From contig JBJOKS010000001.1 in NCBI GenBank assembly GCA_046045965.1, forward strand, positions 124,244 through 188,243: a DNA stretch of 64,000 nt, written 5' to 3'. The notes under the pieces are model-generated. The model did no database searches. It was not told the origin of the DNA and saw only the letters and a program-made list of their open reading frames with translations. This DNA comes from Cyanobacteriota bacterium (GTDB taxonomy: Bacteria; Cyanobacteriota; Cyanobacteriia; Cyanobacteriales; Nostocaceae). Below, in pieces: positions 38,036 through 46,509 of this stretch (within the stretch, counting starts at the first letter, position 1; each line of letters begins with the position of its first letter). The translations under genes were made by a program, and so were the position numbers.

Positions 38036-38770
38036 TTAGGAAATAAAATTGACTCTACCAGTGTTAATATCATAAAAAGCACCAACAATTGTTAATCTAC
38101 CTGCGCTGATTAATTTAGATAAAACTGATGAATTTCTTTGCAATTTTTCACTTTGAAATTGAATGTTTCTAATGACAGCATTTTCATCATCATTCGTGTC
38201 ACTTGTTCTCTGTTGGTTTTGATTTAAAGTCGGTTTAATGCCATCAACAACAGTACCAATGTTTCCTGGAACTGGTTCATTTTTTATAGCTGCTGCAACT
38301 GCACCACAGTTTTTATGACCCAAAACTACTATTAGTTGTGTTCCTAAAATAGCAGCAGAATATTCTAAACTACCAATAACTTCATCACTAGCAATATTAC
38401 CAGCTATACGCACAACAAATAAATCACCAAGTCCTTGATCAAAAACCATTTCTGGTGGTACACGAGAATCTGCACATCCTAATATTGCTGCATAGGGATA
38501 TTGGGTTTGAGAAACTGATTGTAAACGTCTTTTTGATTGGTTAGGATATCTACGATTTTGATTAACAAATCTTCTATTTCCTTCTATTAATCTTCTTTGA
38601 GCTTCATTTGCACTGACTGGGTTAGGATTAGGATTAGTTTCAGGAATTGTAATTTCTGGTCGGTTGGTAATTATGCCATTACAAGCAGTAATACCACCAA
38701 TACTTAAGGTAGTAAAACCTGCGATTTTTAAGAAGTTACGACGACCTATAAAACCGTTAATTCTACTCAT
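38036..38770 (-). CDS. Beta-class carbonic anhydrase with Tat signal
   Basis: GRRNFLKIAG twin-arginine leader. Zn ligands in GCADSRV and GHKNCGAV. Confidence 0.85.
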   Translation of the reverse strand: MSRINGFIGRRNFLKIAGFTTLSIGGITACNGIITNRPEITIPETNPNPNPVSANEAQRRLIEGNRRFVNQNRRYPNQSKRRLQSVSQTQYPYAAILGCADSRVPPEMVFDQGLGDLFVVRIAGNIASDEVIGSLEYSAAILGTQLIVVLGHKNCGAVAAAIKNEPVPGNIGTVVDGIKPTLNQNQQRTSDTNDDENAVIRNIQFQSEKLQRNSSVLSKLISAGRLTIVGAFYDINTGRVNFIS

Positions 38771-38954
38771 AAGTCTACCTGAAAACTTCTAAATGGTTGC
38801 CAAGAAGATATCAGATTTGACAATGAGGTGAGAGTACCTAATTACACGGTTTAAGGGTTATTTAATCTTTTGCTTAAATACCAAACAATATATTGACAGT
38901 ATGGACTATAATTCTTGCATTCTTCTTTGCAAATTTGCGTGAGAAAAAATATCT

Positions 38955-39683
38955 TTAATGTCTTTTTCCTGCACCCAAATATAATTCTCCCACCTTGGGA
39001 TCATTTAACAATTCCAATCCCGGACCAGTTATAGCATCCCTTCCTGATTCTAATACACAACCACGATGTGCCATTTCCAAAGCTTTTCTCGCATTTTGTT
39101 CTACTAAAACAATAGCAGTACCTGATTGATTAATTTGTTTAATTTGTTCAAATACTTGTGTCACCAAAATGGGAGATAAAGCCGCAGAAGGCTCATCTAA
39201 AAGTAGTAGACTGGGTTCTAACATCAAAGCTTTTCCCATTGCTAACATTTGTCTTTCACCACCTGATAAAGTTCCTGCACGTTGACGACGGCGATCGCTC
39301 AATCTCGGAAACATTGCAAATATCTGATCTTTCAATGGTTTCAAGGGAACATTCCGCACAAAAGCTCCCATTTCTAAATTTTCTTCTATTGTTAAAGATG
39401 GAAAAACATTAGCGATTTGGGGAACATAACACATTCCCTTTTTCACAATTTGATCTGATTTTAACCCATTAATTTTTTCCCCTTTAAAAGTAATAGTACC
39501 TGTATGGGGTGTCAACAATCCAAAAATTGTTTTTGCTAAAGTAGATTTACCAGCACCGTTAGGACCAATTACAGTTACTAATTCTCCTGGTTCAACCCGA
39601 AAATTAATACCTTGCAAGATATCTACATCTTTAATATATCCAGCATGGACATTTTCAACTTCTAATAAATAGTTATTAGTCAT
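38955..39683 (-). CDS. ABC transporter ATP-binding protein, LivF/BraG type (solitary)
   Basis: GPNGAGKST, LSGGERQML, LLLDEPS. Overall LivF-like length and pattern. No permease genes nearby. Confidence 0.88.
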   Translation of the reverse strand: MTNNYLLEVENVHAGYIKDVDILQGINFRVEPGELVTVIGPNGAGKSTLAKTIFGLLTPHTGTITFKGEKINGLKSDQIVKKGMCYVPQIANVFPSLTIEENLEMGAFVRNVPLKPLKDQIFAMFPRLSDRRRQRAGTLSGGERQMLAMGKALMLEPSLLLLDEPSAALSPILVTQVFEQIKQINQSGTAIVLVEQNARKALEMAHRGCVLESGRDAITGPGLELLNDPKVGELYLGAGKRH

Positions 39684-39762
39684 TAGTTATTAGTTATTAG
39701 CAATAGGGAACAGGGAACAGGGAACAGGGAACAGGAAATAGGGAACAGGGAACAGGGAACCT
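39684..39762. repeat. STRR arrays (TAGTTAT x2.5; GGGAACA x~8)
   Basis: Read directly. Another array (CTGTCAC / CAATCAC) lies at 39791-39825. Confidence 0.95.
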
Positions 39763-39825
39763 GTAATTACTCATTGGTAACAATAATCTTCTGTCACCTG
39801 TCACCTGTCACCAATCACCAATCCC

Positions 39826-40053
39826 CTAATCTGCTATTTTTTGCAATTCAGGGCGTTCTTCTGGCAAAATAGCCCCTTCTACTGGGCAAACTTGTAAACA
39901 GATGCCACAGTCGATACAGGTAGCAAAATCTATCCAGAACCAATCTGTACCTTTGACGTTTTTGCCTGGTCCTTCATGAATGCAAGCTACAGGACAAGCA
40001 CTTACGCAGTCAGCAACGCCTTCACAAACGTCAGTTACTATTGTGTGTGGCAT
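39826..40053 (-). CDS. 2x[4Fe-4S] ferredoxin
   Basis: CEGVADCVSACPV and CIDCGICLQVCPV cluster motifs. Confidence 0.85.
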   Translation of the reverse strand: MPHTIVTDVCEGVADCVSACPVACIHEGPGKNVKGTDWFWIDFATCIDCGICLQVCPVEGAILPEERPELQKIAD

Positions 40054-40117
40054 TTTTCATTCCCCTCTCTTGATTGAATCAGCAGTTTCTAGCTTAACAA
40101 TTTGTAATATTAGCCTG

Positions 40118-41329
40118 TCAACGGACTGCTTCAATAGTGGGTGTACCATCGGAGTTAATCCAAGCGATTTGGGCAATAGAGCGATCGCGTGCATAGTTCC
40201 GAATCGCTTCTGCATCCCTTCCACCTAAATCCATTTCTACCCGCACTAAATGAGTAGATTCACGTAATTTTTGCGCGTAAGCAAAGGCAGGAGCATCAGC
40301 ATTTTTGTTTTCCGGTACTACTAACCAGTTACTTGCGGGGATATTTTGCGGTAATTGCTGAGTCGATGCCAAAACTTGGTATAAATCATCAATACTCAAT
40401 TCAAAGCCAATGCCAGGAATATTTTCCCCTTGGGGATGATATAGCCCTAAAAGTTGGTCATAACGACCACCGCGCCCTAAAACCTGTGCTTGACCATCAA
40501 TATCACTGACTACTTCAAACACAATACCTGTATAGTAGTCAATGGTTTGAATTAAACTCAGGTCCAGAATTAAAGAAAACTTACCTTCTGATTCTAGTAA
40601 TTCTACCAGAGATTTCAGGTGATTTACCGCCGCTTGTTGGTCTGCATCCAAATTTAAACTGCTGACTTTTTGCAACACATCGGCACTATTGCCACGCAAA
40701 TCTAACATGATTCTAGCGCGTTGGTGCAGTTCTTCACTTAAAGCCAAAGTATCGAGAGTTACACGATCCAAATTAGCGATCGCATTTCTCACCTGACTTC
40801 TGATATGAGCGGGAAAAGCATCAAGCAGAGATTTAGTAATTCCCGCTTCACCTAAAATCAGATGCCATCCGCGCAAATCCAAAGCTTCTAAACAGTTAGC
40901 CACCAACAACAGCACTTCTGCATTTGCCAGTAAACCACTCGATCCGAGCAACTCCACCCCAGCTTGATAATACTCTTGCTGACGATTATGACGCTTTTCC
41001 CAGTTGCGGCGAAATACATTAGCATTGTAATACAACCGTTGGGGATATGCCGTTTCCGCCATGCGAGTAACTACAGTCCGAGCAATGGAAGCTGTGAGTT
41101 CTGGACGTAAACCCAATTCTTCATCTTGCCCATTTTGCAATTGTATTACCTTATGGCGCTGAATCGCTTCCCCAGCCATCAGCGTATCCATCCGTTCCAA
41201 AGTTGAGGTAATAATCCTGTGATAACCCCAACGGTGAAAAACTTGTTGTAACCTATCTTCAATCCAGCGTTTTTGAGCCACATCTAAGGGTAATAAGTCC
41301 CTAGCTCCCGCTGCTGGTTGATACACCAT
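40118..41329 (-). CDS. hisZ: ATP phosphoribosyltransferase regulatory subunit (HisRS paralogue)
   Basis: GARDLLP, RPELT and GGRYD class-II aaRS-like motifs with no anticodon-binding domain. Length ~400 aa. Confidence 0.85.
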   Translation of the reverse strand: MVYQPAAGARDLLPLDVAQKRWIEDRLQQVFHRWGYHRIITSTLERMDTLMAGEAIQRHKVIQLQNGQDEELGLRPELTASIARTVVTRMAETAYPQRLYYNANVFRRNWEKRHNRQQEYYQAGVELLGSSGLLANAEVLLLVANCLEALDLRGWHLILGEAGITKSLLDAFPAHIRSQVRNAIANLDRVTLDTLALSEELHQRARIMLDLRGNSADVLQKVSSLNLDADQQAAVNHLKSLVELLESEGKFSLILDLSLIQTIDYYTGIVFEVVSDIDGQAQVLGRGGRYDQLLGLYHPQGENIPGIGFELSIDDLYQVLASTQQLPQNIPASNWLVVPENKNADAPAFAYAQKLRESTHLVRVEMDLGGRDAEAIRNYARDRSIAQIAWINSDGTPTIEAVR

Positions 41330-42261
41330 TATTTTTTCTTCCCACCAAACAAACCACCAAACAAACCACCACTTCCAGACTTATCTGGTTGCGTATCTCC
41401 ATTATCAGCAGATTTCTTCACCTGATGAGTACCGGATTGATTCCCTAAAACTTTATCAACTTTAGGTTTCCATTCCAAAGCCAATTTCTCATTGGGATCT
41501 AATTTCAGTGCATTGTCAAAGTGAATTTTAGCCATTTTTAGCTGATTTTGCCGTAAATATACGATTGCCATCAAGCTATGGCAGCGACTATTTTTCGGCT
41601 CCAGCTTCAAGGCATCCTGTAATTCTACTTTGGCCTGGGCAAATTGGTTATTTTCAATCAAAGTTTGAGCGCGACGTTGGTACTGTTCCACCACGGAGTC
41701 TTCTTTTGGTGGTGGCGGTGTTCTAGAATTAACAGAGGTTTTAACAGCTTGGGGCGTGGTCATTAACCGCCCTGCACGCCGCATCAAGTAAACTAAATTC
41801 AATTCGCTAATTTGGGCAATGAATTGGGGTGTTTGCAGCAACTCATCAAATTGGATTTCAGCAATTTTAGCTAATTCTTTTGTGTACAATAAATCAACAT
41901 TGGTTGCGATCGCTAATTGCTTGGACACCTCAGTTGTGAGTACCAACTCCACTGACTCTTGTGCTAGACGCTTGCCTATTTGCGACAAAACCAGGATATA
42001 TTCAGCACGATTACGTTCTACAGATAGTTTTTCATAAGCAGGATTAACCAGCTTAGATAATAATTCAGTGGCAATATCTTTTTCATGACTGTTGATCACA
42101 GCAGAGCTATCTGGGTGCAAGCGACGGGCAATTTTGAGATAACGTTTGCGGACTTCGCCAGCACTCGCGTCAACAGGAACACACAAAACTGCGTGATGAT
42201 CTATAAAATCATATTTGAATAAGCCGCCATCTATTTTGATAGACATATACAAGTGTTGCAC
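41329..42261 (-). CDS. J-domain protein with C-terminal TPR repeats
   Basis: YLKIARRLHPD (HPD motif). TPR-like QFAQAKVELQDALKLEPKN / LKMAKIHFDNALKLDPN. Gly-rich tail. Its stop overlaps the hisZ start by 1 nt (TAATG). Confidence 0.8.
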   Translation of the reverse strand: MQHLYMSIKIDGGLFKYDFIDHHAVLCVPVDASAGEVRKRYLKIARRLHPDSSAVINSHEKDIATELLSKLVNPAYEKLSVERNRAEYILVLSQIGKRLAQESVELVLTTEVSKQLAIATNVDLLYTKELAKIAEIQFDELLQTPQFIAQISELNLVYLMRRAGRLMTTPQAVKTSVNSRTPPPPKEDSVVEQYQRRAQTLIENNQFAQAKVELQDALKLEPKNSRCHSLMAIVYLRQNQLKMAKIHFDNALKLDPNEKLALEWKPKVDKVLGNQSGTHQVKKSADNGDTQPDKSGSGGLFGGLFGGKKK

Positions 42262-42333
42262 CCAAGCAGCAATTTTTTATAGTTTACCCTGTCAGTAATA
42301 TGGAGATAACAGTTATTAGCAATTTTCCTGATG

Positions 42334-43143
42334 TCACCAAGCTGACAAAGGCGGAACTCCCATGAGTTCTTGACTGAGAACGTGATGAATATAACCATTA
42401 GTAGCCAGGATTCTACCGGAATCAATTTGTAAATCACCACGATCATAAGCCGTGACTTTACCACCCGCTTCCTGCACCAAGATTATACCAGCAGCCACAT
42501 CCCAAGGTGCAATACCTCTTTCCCAATAGCCATCGACACGGCCACAGGCAACATAAGCTAAATCTAAAGCAGCAGAACCGCCTCGCCTCACACCTTGGGT
42601 AAGATGGGTAAGATGACAAAATTCTGCATAATTATTATCAGTAGTTTCCCGGCGGTCATAAGCAAAACCAGATGTTAATAAGCTTTTACTCAATTCAGAA
42701 GTTTGAGACACTTTCATAGGTCGGCGGTTGCGTGTTGCACCTAAACCAGCAGCAGCCCGGAATAGTTCATTATGGAAAGGGTCATAAATTACACCAACTT
42801 GTGGTACACCCTGAATCAATAACCCAATGGAAACAGCAAAACAGGGATATTGATGGGCGTAGTTAGTTGTACCATCCAAAGGATCAATTGCCCATAGATA
42901 TTCACTGGCTTGATTTCCCAGTTTACCTGACTCTTCTGCCAGAATAGAATGTTGGGGAAAATGACGGTTGATGATTTCCAAAATCACCTTTTCCGAAGCC
43001 TTATCAGCTGCGGTAACTAAATCACCAGGTCTTCCTTTTTCGGTAATCGCATCTTCTACTTTACCTAAATAATCTTGCAAAATTACACCAGCAGCCAAAG
43101 CCGCTTCAGTAGCTATATCGAGAAAAATTTGTAAGTTAGTCAT
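42334..43143 (-). CDS. Inositol-monophosphatase family phosphatase (SuhB/HisN-like)
   Basis: WAIDPLDGTTNY and the ILAEE / WDVAAG motifs. Confidence 0.9.
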   Translation of the reverse strand: MTNLQIFLDIATEAALAAGVILQDYLGKVEDAITEKGRPGDLVTAADKASEKVILEIINRHFPQHSILAEESGKLGNQASEYLWAIDPLDGTTNYAHQYPCFAVSIGLLIQGVPQVGVIYDPFHNELFRAAAGLGATRNRRPMKVSQTSELSKSLLTSGFAYDRRETTDNNYAEFCHLTHLTQGVRRGGSAALDLAYVACGRVDGYWERGIAPWDVAAGIILVQEAGGKVTAYDRGDLQIDSGRILATNGYIHHVLSQELMGVPPLSAW

Positions 43144-43168
43144 TGGTAAGGAGTCAGGAGTCAGGAGT

Positions 43169-43264
43169 TATACTTCGCAAGGTCATAATTTGAGCTTTTG
43201 CTTAAAGAGAATATAGAGGATATATGGATGTAAAAACGCAAGTTATGAATTTTTCAAGTATAAC
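43169..43264. repeat. ~90-bp direct repeat, copy 1 (flanks the GGDEF gene)
   Basis: tatacttcgcaaggtcataatttgagcttttgcttaaaga...aaaacgcaagttat... aligns with 44605-44691 (tatatacttcccaaagtcacaatttgagcttttgcttaaaga...caaaacgcagattat...). Confidence 0.85.
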
Positions 43265-43269
43265 AGAGC

Positions 43270-44580
43270 CTAGTGCGGCGTATAAAACGCAAAATTATTC
43301 TTCCCAGACATCTTGACGGAATACATTGCATTATCAGCATTGTTCAATAGGTCTTCAGGAGTTATAGCGTGATCAGGAAATATGGAAATGCCGATACTTG
43401 AACCAATATGGATAAGATCCTCGTTATAGCAAATCGGTTGAGCGATCACGTCAACCAATTTTCGAGCGATGATTGCGACATCATCGTTCTTAACATCATG
43501 AACAATGACAAGAAATTCGTCACCGCCCAAACGTGACACAGTATCTTCTTGTCGAAGGCAATGAAGCAGACGTTCAGATACTGCCTTGAGTACATAGTCG
43601 CCAGCGTCATGTCCAAATGTATCATTAGCCACTTTGAATCCATCTAAATCGATAAATAGGATAGCTGTCTTCGCCCCGCATCGCGCCATGTGAGTGCTGA
43701 TCATTCTCAACCGGTCAATTGCCAAGCGACGGTTTGGTAATCCTGTTAGAGAATCATAATTTGCCATATATTCAGTTTGAGCATTGAGTTGAGTCAGCTC
43801 TTGGTTTTTTTCCTTGATTGTAGTGATAAAGTTCTCAAGGAGTAGGCCAATAGCTTTGTGATAGGCAATTTCCAAATCAATCTTGACTTGAAGTCCCTTG
43901 TTGCGCCAGATAAGAGTTTCAATTTCTGCTGGACTCAATTTGGTGGTATGTCCAAGTTGAAGGCTGTTGACTCGGTCATCCAAGTTTTGGCTAATGGCTT
44001 TGGATTTTAAGCGGAATCTGACAGTCAGCGTGGTATTGTTGAATAATGGATTGGGTTTATACTGCTCATTGGTTGCCTCGATATCTACATATTCCATATC
44101 ATCGAATAGCACGCAGCCACCATAAAAGACTCCCCTTACAAAATCAGGAGGTAGTGGCGTGATATTCTCATAAACCGCGATGCCTGCATCTTTATCAATC
44201 GACTGAAGAATGCACCAGCCAATTTCATCTTTTCCTCCTCCACGTACTACGGAGTTATATCCACCACTCTCTTGGTTAACATAAAGCCAATCCATTCCAG
44301 AGTGAATCATAGTTTTCCCCAGTCCATTTTCGTACCATATTCGCAAAAAATTGACGCCCGCATAGAATAATATGATTGCAGAGTAATCAAGAGTCTGTTG
44401 GATACGATGCAGGATATCAATCAGCATAGAATACGGATACCACTGATCTGGACTAAGTTCGTCGATTTGTAATTCTTGTGGAAGAATGTTCATGTTAGAG
44501 AATGATGCAATAAGACCAAGCAAAAATGAGCCAGAAACCTCACCTTTTGCTGCCTCATGATTATCAGTGCGTTTTATCAT
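43270..44580 (-). CDS. Diguanylate cyclase (GGDEF) with an uncharacterised N-terminal sensor domain
   Basis: DSLTGLPNRR, IDLDGFKVANDTFGHDAGD, RLGGDEFLVIV. The GG(D/E)EF motif is intact. Confidence 0.9.
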   Translation of the reverse strand: MIKRTDNHEAAKGEVSGSFLLGLIASFSNMNILPQELQIDELSPDQWYPYSMLIDILHRIQQTLDYSAIILFYAGVNFLRIWYENGLGKTMIHSGMDWLYVNQESGGYNSVVRGGGKDEIGWCILQSIDKDAGIAVYENITPLPPDFVRGVFYGGCVLFDDMEYVDIEATNEQYKPNPLFNNTTLTVRFRLKSKAISQNLDDRVNSLQLGHTTKLSPAEIETLIWRNKGLQVKIDLEIAYHKAIGLLLENFITTIKEKNQELTQLNAQTEYMANYDSLTGLPNRRLAIDRLRMISTHMARCGAKTAILFIDLDGFKVANDTFGHDAGDYVLKAVSERLLHCLRQEDTVSRLGGDEFLVIVHDVKNDDVAIIARKLVDVIAQPICYNEDLIHIGSSIGISIFPDHAITPEDLLNNADNAMYSVKMSGKNNFAFYTPH

Positions 44581-44604
44581 AGTGTGATTTTTGGCGTTGC
44601 TGAT

Positions 44605-44691
44605 ATATACTTCCCAAAGTCACAATTTGAGCTTTTGCTTAAAGATAATTTTATGGATATCAAAACGCAGATTATCACCTTCTCACGTATA
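44605..44691. repeat. ~90-bp direct repeat, copy 2 (flanks the GGDEF gene)
   Basis: See 43169-43264. Both copies have an AGGAGTC STRR array on their outer side. Confidence 0.85.
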
Positions 44692-44745
44692 GGAGTCAGG
44701 AGTCAGGAGTGAAGTGAATATCTTCCCCCTGTTCCCTGTTCCCTG

Positions 44746-45258
44746 TCACCTGTTCATCCGACGAAATTCACCAGGAGTCTGACGCATGGGTTTTTCTGGG
44801 TTCCAGATGCCTTGTCCCATGAGTCTAGCCCAATGCTGGGCATTTTCTAAGCGGTCGTCGTATTTGTGATTAGGCGATCGCCCTACAAATAAAGCATACC
44901 CTTGTTTGAGGACTTGTTCATTCAAAAACATCTGATTTTTCCAAACATAAGCCAAAGTCCGTCCAAATTTGTCTTTGTTTTCCAAGTCAAACTCTAACTT
45001 GACAGATTTTTCCTCATCACCAATCAACTTTTCTATCAATGCTTTACCATCTTCTCCCCAAGGACGCTGACGCAAATCAGGTGCATCTAAACCAATTAAG
45101 CGGACTTGGGAAATTAAATTTGGTTGTTCACCTATCCCCAGCACTTCCAAAGTTTGTCCGCTGACAACCCGCGCTACTTTCACCTCAGCAGTGATATTTA
45201 CCGGCTGATTTTTGGCTTGGCAACTGACCAACAACAACAAACAGGTTAAAATTGTCAT
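44746..45258 (-). CDS. Thermonuclease (SNase-like) family lipoprotein
   Basis: Start at MTILTCLLLLVSC (lipobox). VRLIGLDAPD, GRTLAYVW and LNEQVLKQGYA are SNase-fold motifs. Confidence 0.8.
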   Translation of the reverse strand: MTILTCLLLLVSCQAKNQPVNITAEVKVARVVSGQTLEVLGIGEQPNLISQVRLIGLDAPDLRQRPWGEDGKALIEKLIGDEEKSVKLEFDLENKDKFGRTLAYVWKNQMFLNEQVLKQGYALFVGRSPNHKYDDRLENAQHWARLMGQGIWNPEKPMRQTPGEFRRMNR

Positions 45259-45348
45259 TTTTTGCGCCAAGATGCCCAGAGCGGGTACTAAAGCGGCGAT
45301 TTTACCCTGTAAGTATCTGCACCCTGGTACAATTTTCATTTTTGTCCT

Positions 45349-45717
45349 CTAATCTTCATCTAAGGGTAAACCCGCTTTGATTTTGCCCTTACCAAAAAAG
45401 CGCCCAAATTGAAGTTCATATACTTCATCTTCGTCCTGTGTTTCTACTTCTAAGTCAGAACGTGCATAACTCACACACAACAAAGCGTAACCTTGACGGC
45501 GTAAATCTGGGGATAGTCCAATGGCTTCCGGTTGGTAAATTTCTCCTGACAGCACCCTAACAGCGCAGGTTGTACAAGCACCATTTCGGCAAGAAAAAGG
45601 CATTTCTATGCCATTATGCTCGGCTGTGTGCAGGATATAACGGTCTTCTGGTACTTGCAGGGTGTGTGATACGCCTGTTTGGCGGTTGTGAACTCTGATT
45701 GTGTGGGTCTGAACCAT
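45349..45717 (-). CDS. Plant-type [2Fe-2S] ferredoxin with C-terminal extension (Fed2/FdC2-like)
   Basis: FSCRNGACTTCAVRVLSG ... LLCVSY Cys ligands. A ~25-aa C-terminal extension. Confidence 0.88.
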   Translation of the reverse strand: MVQTHTIRVHNRQTGVSHTLQVPEDRYILHTAEHNGIEMPFSCRNGACTTCAVRVLSGEIYQPEAIGLSPDLRRQGYALLCVSYARSDLEVETQDEDEVYELQFGRFFGKGKIKAGLPLDED

Positions 45718-45823
45718 CTTGATTTTTGCTTGGGAATTTGGGATTTTTATTCATTGTAAAAATATCTTGTGAAATATTTGCATTTTTTGGGTTTTTGTTT
45801 TATTATTGAAATTCATGGCACCT

Positions 45824-45910
45824 GGAGAGGTGGCCGAGTGGTTGAAGGCGCAGACCTGGAAAGTCTGTTATGCAGAAATGTATACGAGGGTTCGAATCCC
45901 TCCCTCTCCG
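45824..45910 (+). tRNA. tRNA-Ser (anticodon GGA)
   Basis: Acceptor GGAGAGG/CCTCTCC. Anticodon arm CAGAC-CTGGAAA-GTCTG. Long variable arm. T-arm GAGGG-TTCGAAT-CCCTC. CCA not encoded. Confidence 0.95.
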
Positions 45911-45940
45911 TTTATAAAGCAAATTTGAATATTTAAGTTG

Positions 45941-45977
45941 ACCCAGATTGGTAAAAGCCGTCTGGGTTAATTTTTTA
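45941..45977 (+). terminator. Terminator after tRNA-Ser
   Basis: Stem acccaga / tctgggt, 13-nt loop, then taatttttt. Confidence 0.55.
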
Positions 45978-46116
45978 TTGGGTAAAATGTGATCCGAAAA
46001 TAAACGCTAAAATTGACCTTTCGCTCTAAAAAGTGGCGAAAATTACCTTATTAACGTAATTTATCAGGCTGCTATGTGGTACATTTATGAAATATTTGAA
46101 ATAACAGCCTGGTACT

Positions 46117-46500
46117 ATGTCGGACACATCCAATTTTCAAATTACCATTGCTTTCACTGATACAGACTTAGACAACGAAGACAAAAATCAGGAAGTGCAG
46201 AAGCTACTGAGTCAAATGCAGAAGCTAGATGAAATAGAAGACGTTAACCGCGTTCTTGACCCCAACCCCCCGGAGGGAAACAAAGCTGGAGGAGGTTTTT
46301 TACCCGGACTACTAACAGCACAAGTTAACCCAGCCAACTTTTTGAAATTATTTGGATTTTTGGCAGAACGTTTGGGTAACAAACCGATTAAACTCAATGT
46401 TAAAGCCCCAGATGGTCGGGAAATAAACGTCGAAGCCAGCAGTAAAGAAGAATTTGAATTTGCTTGGCAAAAAGCACAAGATTTTATTAATAACAAATAA
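46117..46500 (+). CDS. EACC1-like (effector-associated constant component) small protein
   Basis: 127 aa. N-terminal strand FQITIAF, an acidic stretch, PPEGNKAGGGFLPGLL, then LFGFLAERLGNKPIKLNVKAPDGREINVEASS. This parallels the EACC1 pattern as I recall it (..P.GE.GG....L.V.L......L..WL......V.L.V...G..V.V.A). It lies 9 nt upstream of the caspase gene. Confidence 0.55.
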   Translation: MSDTSNFQITIAFTDTDLDNEDKNQEVQKLLSQMQKLDEIEDVNRVLDPNPPEGNKAGGGFLPGLLTAQVNPANFLKLFGFLAERLGNKPIKLNVKAPDGREINVEASSKEEFEFAWQKAQDFINNK

Positions 46501-46509
46501 GGCTGGACA

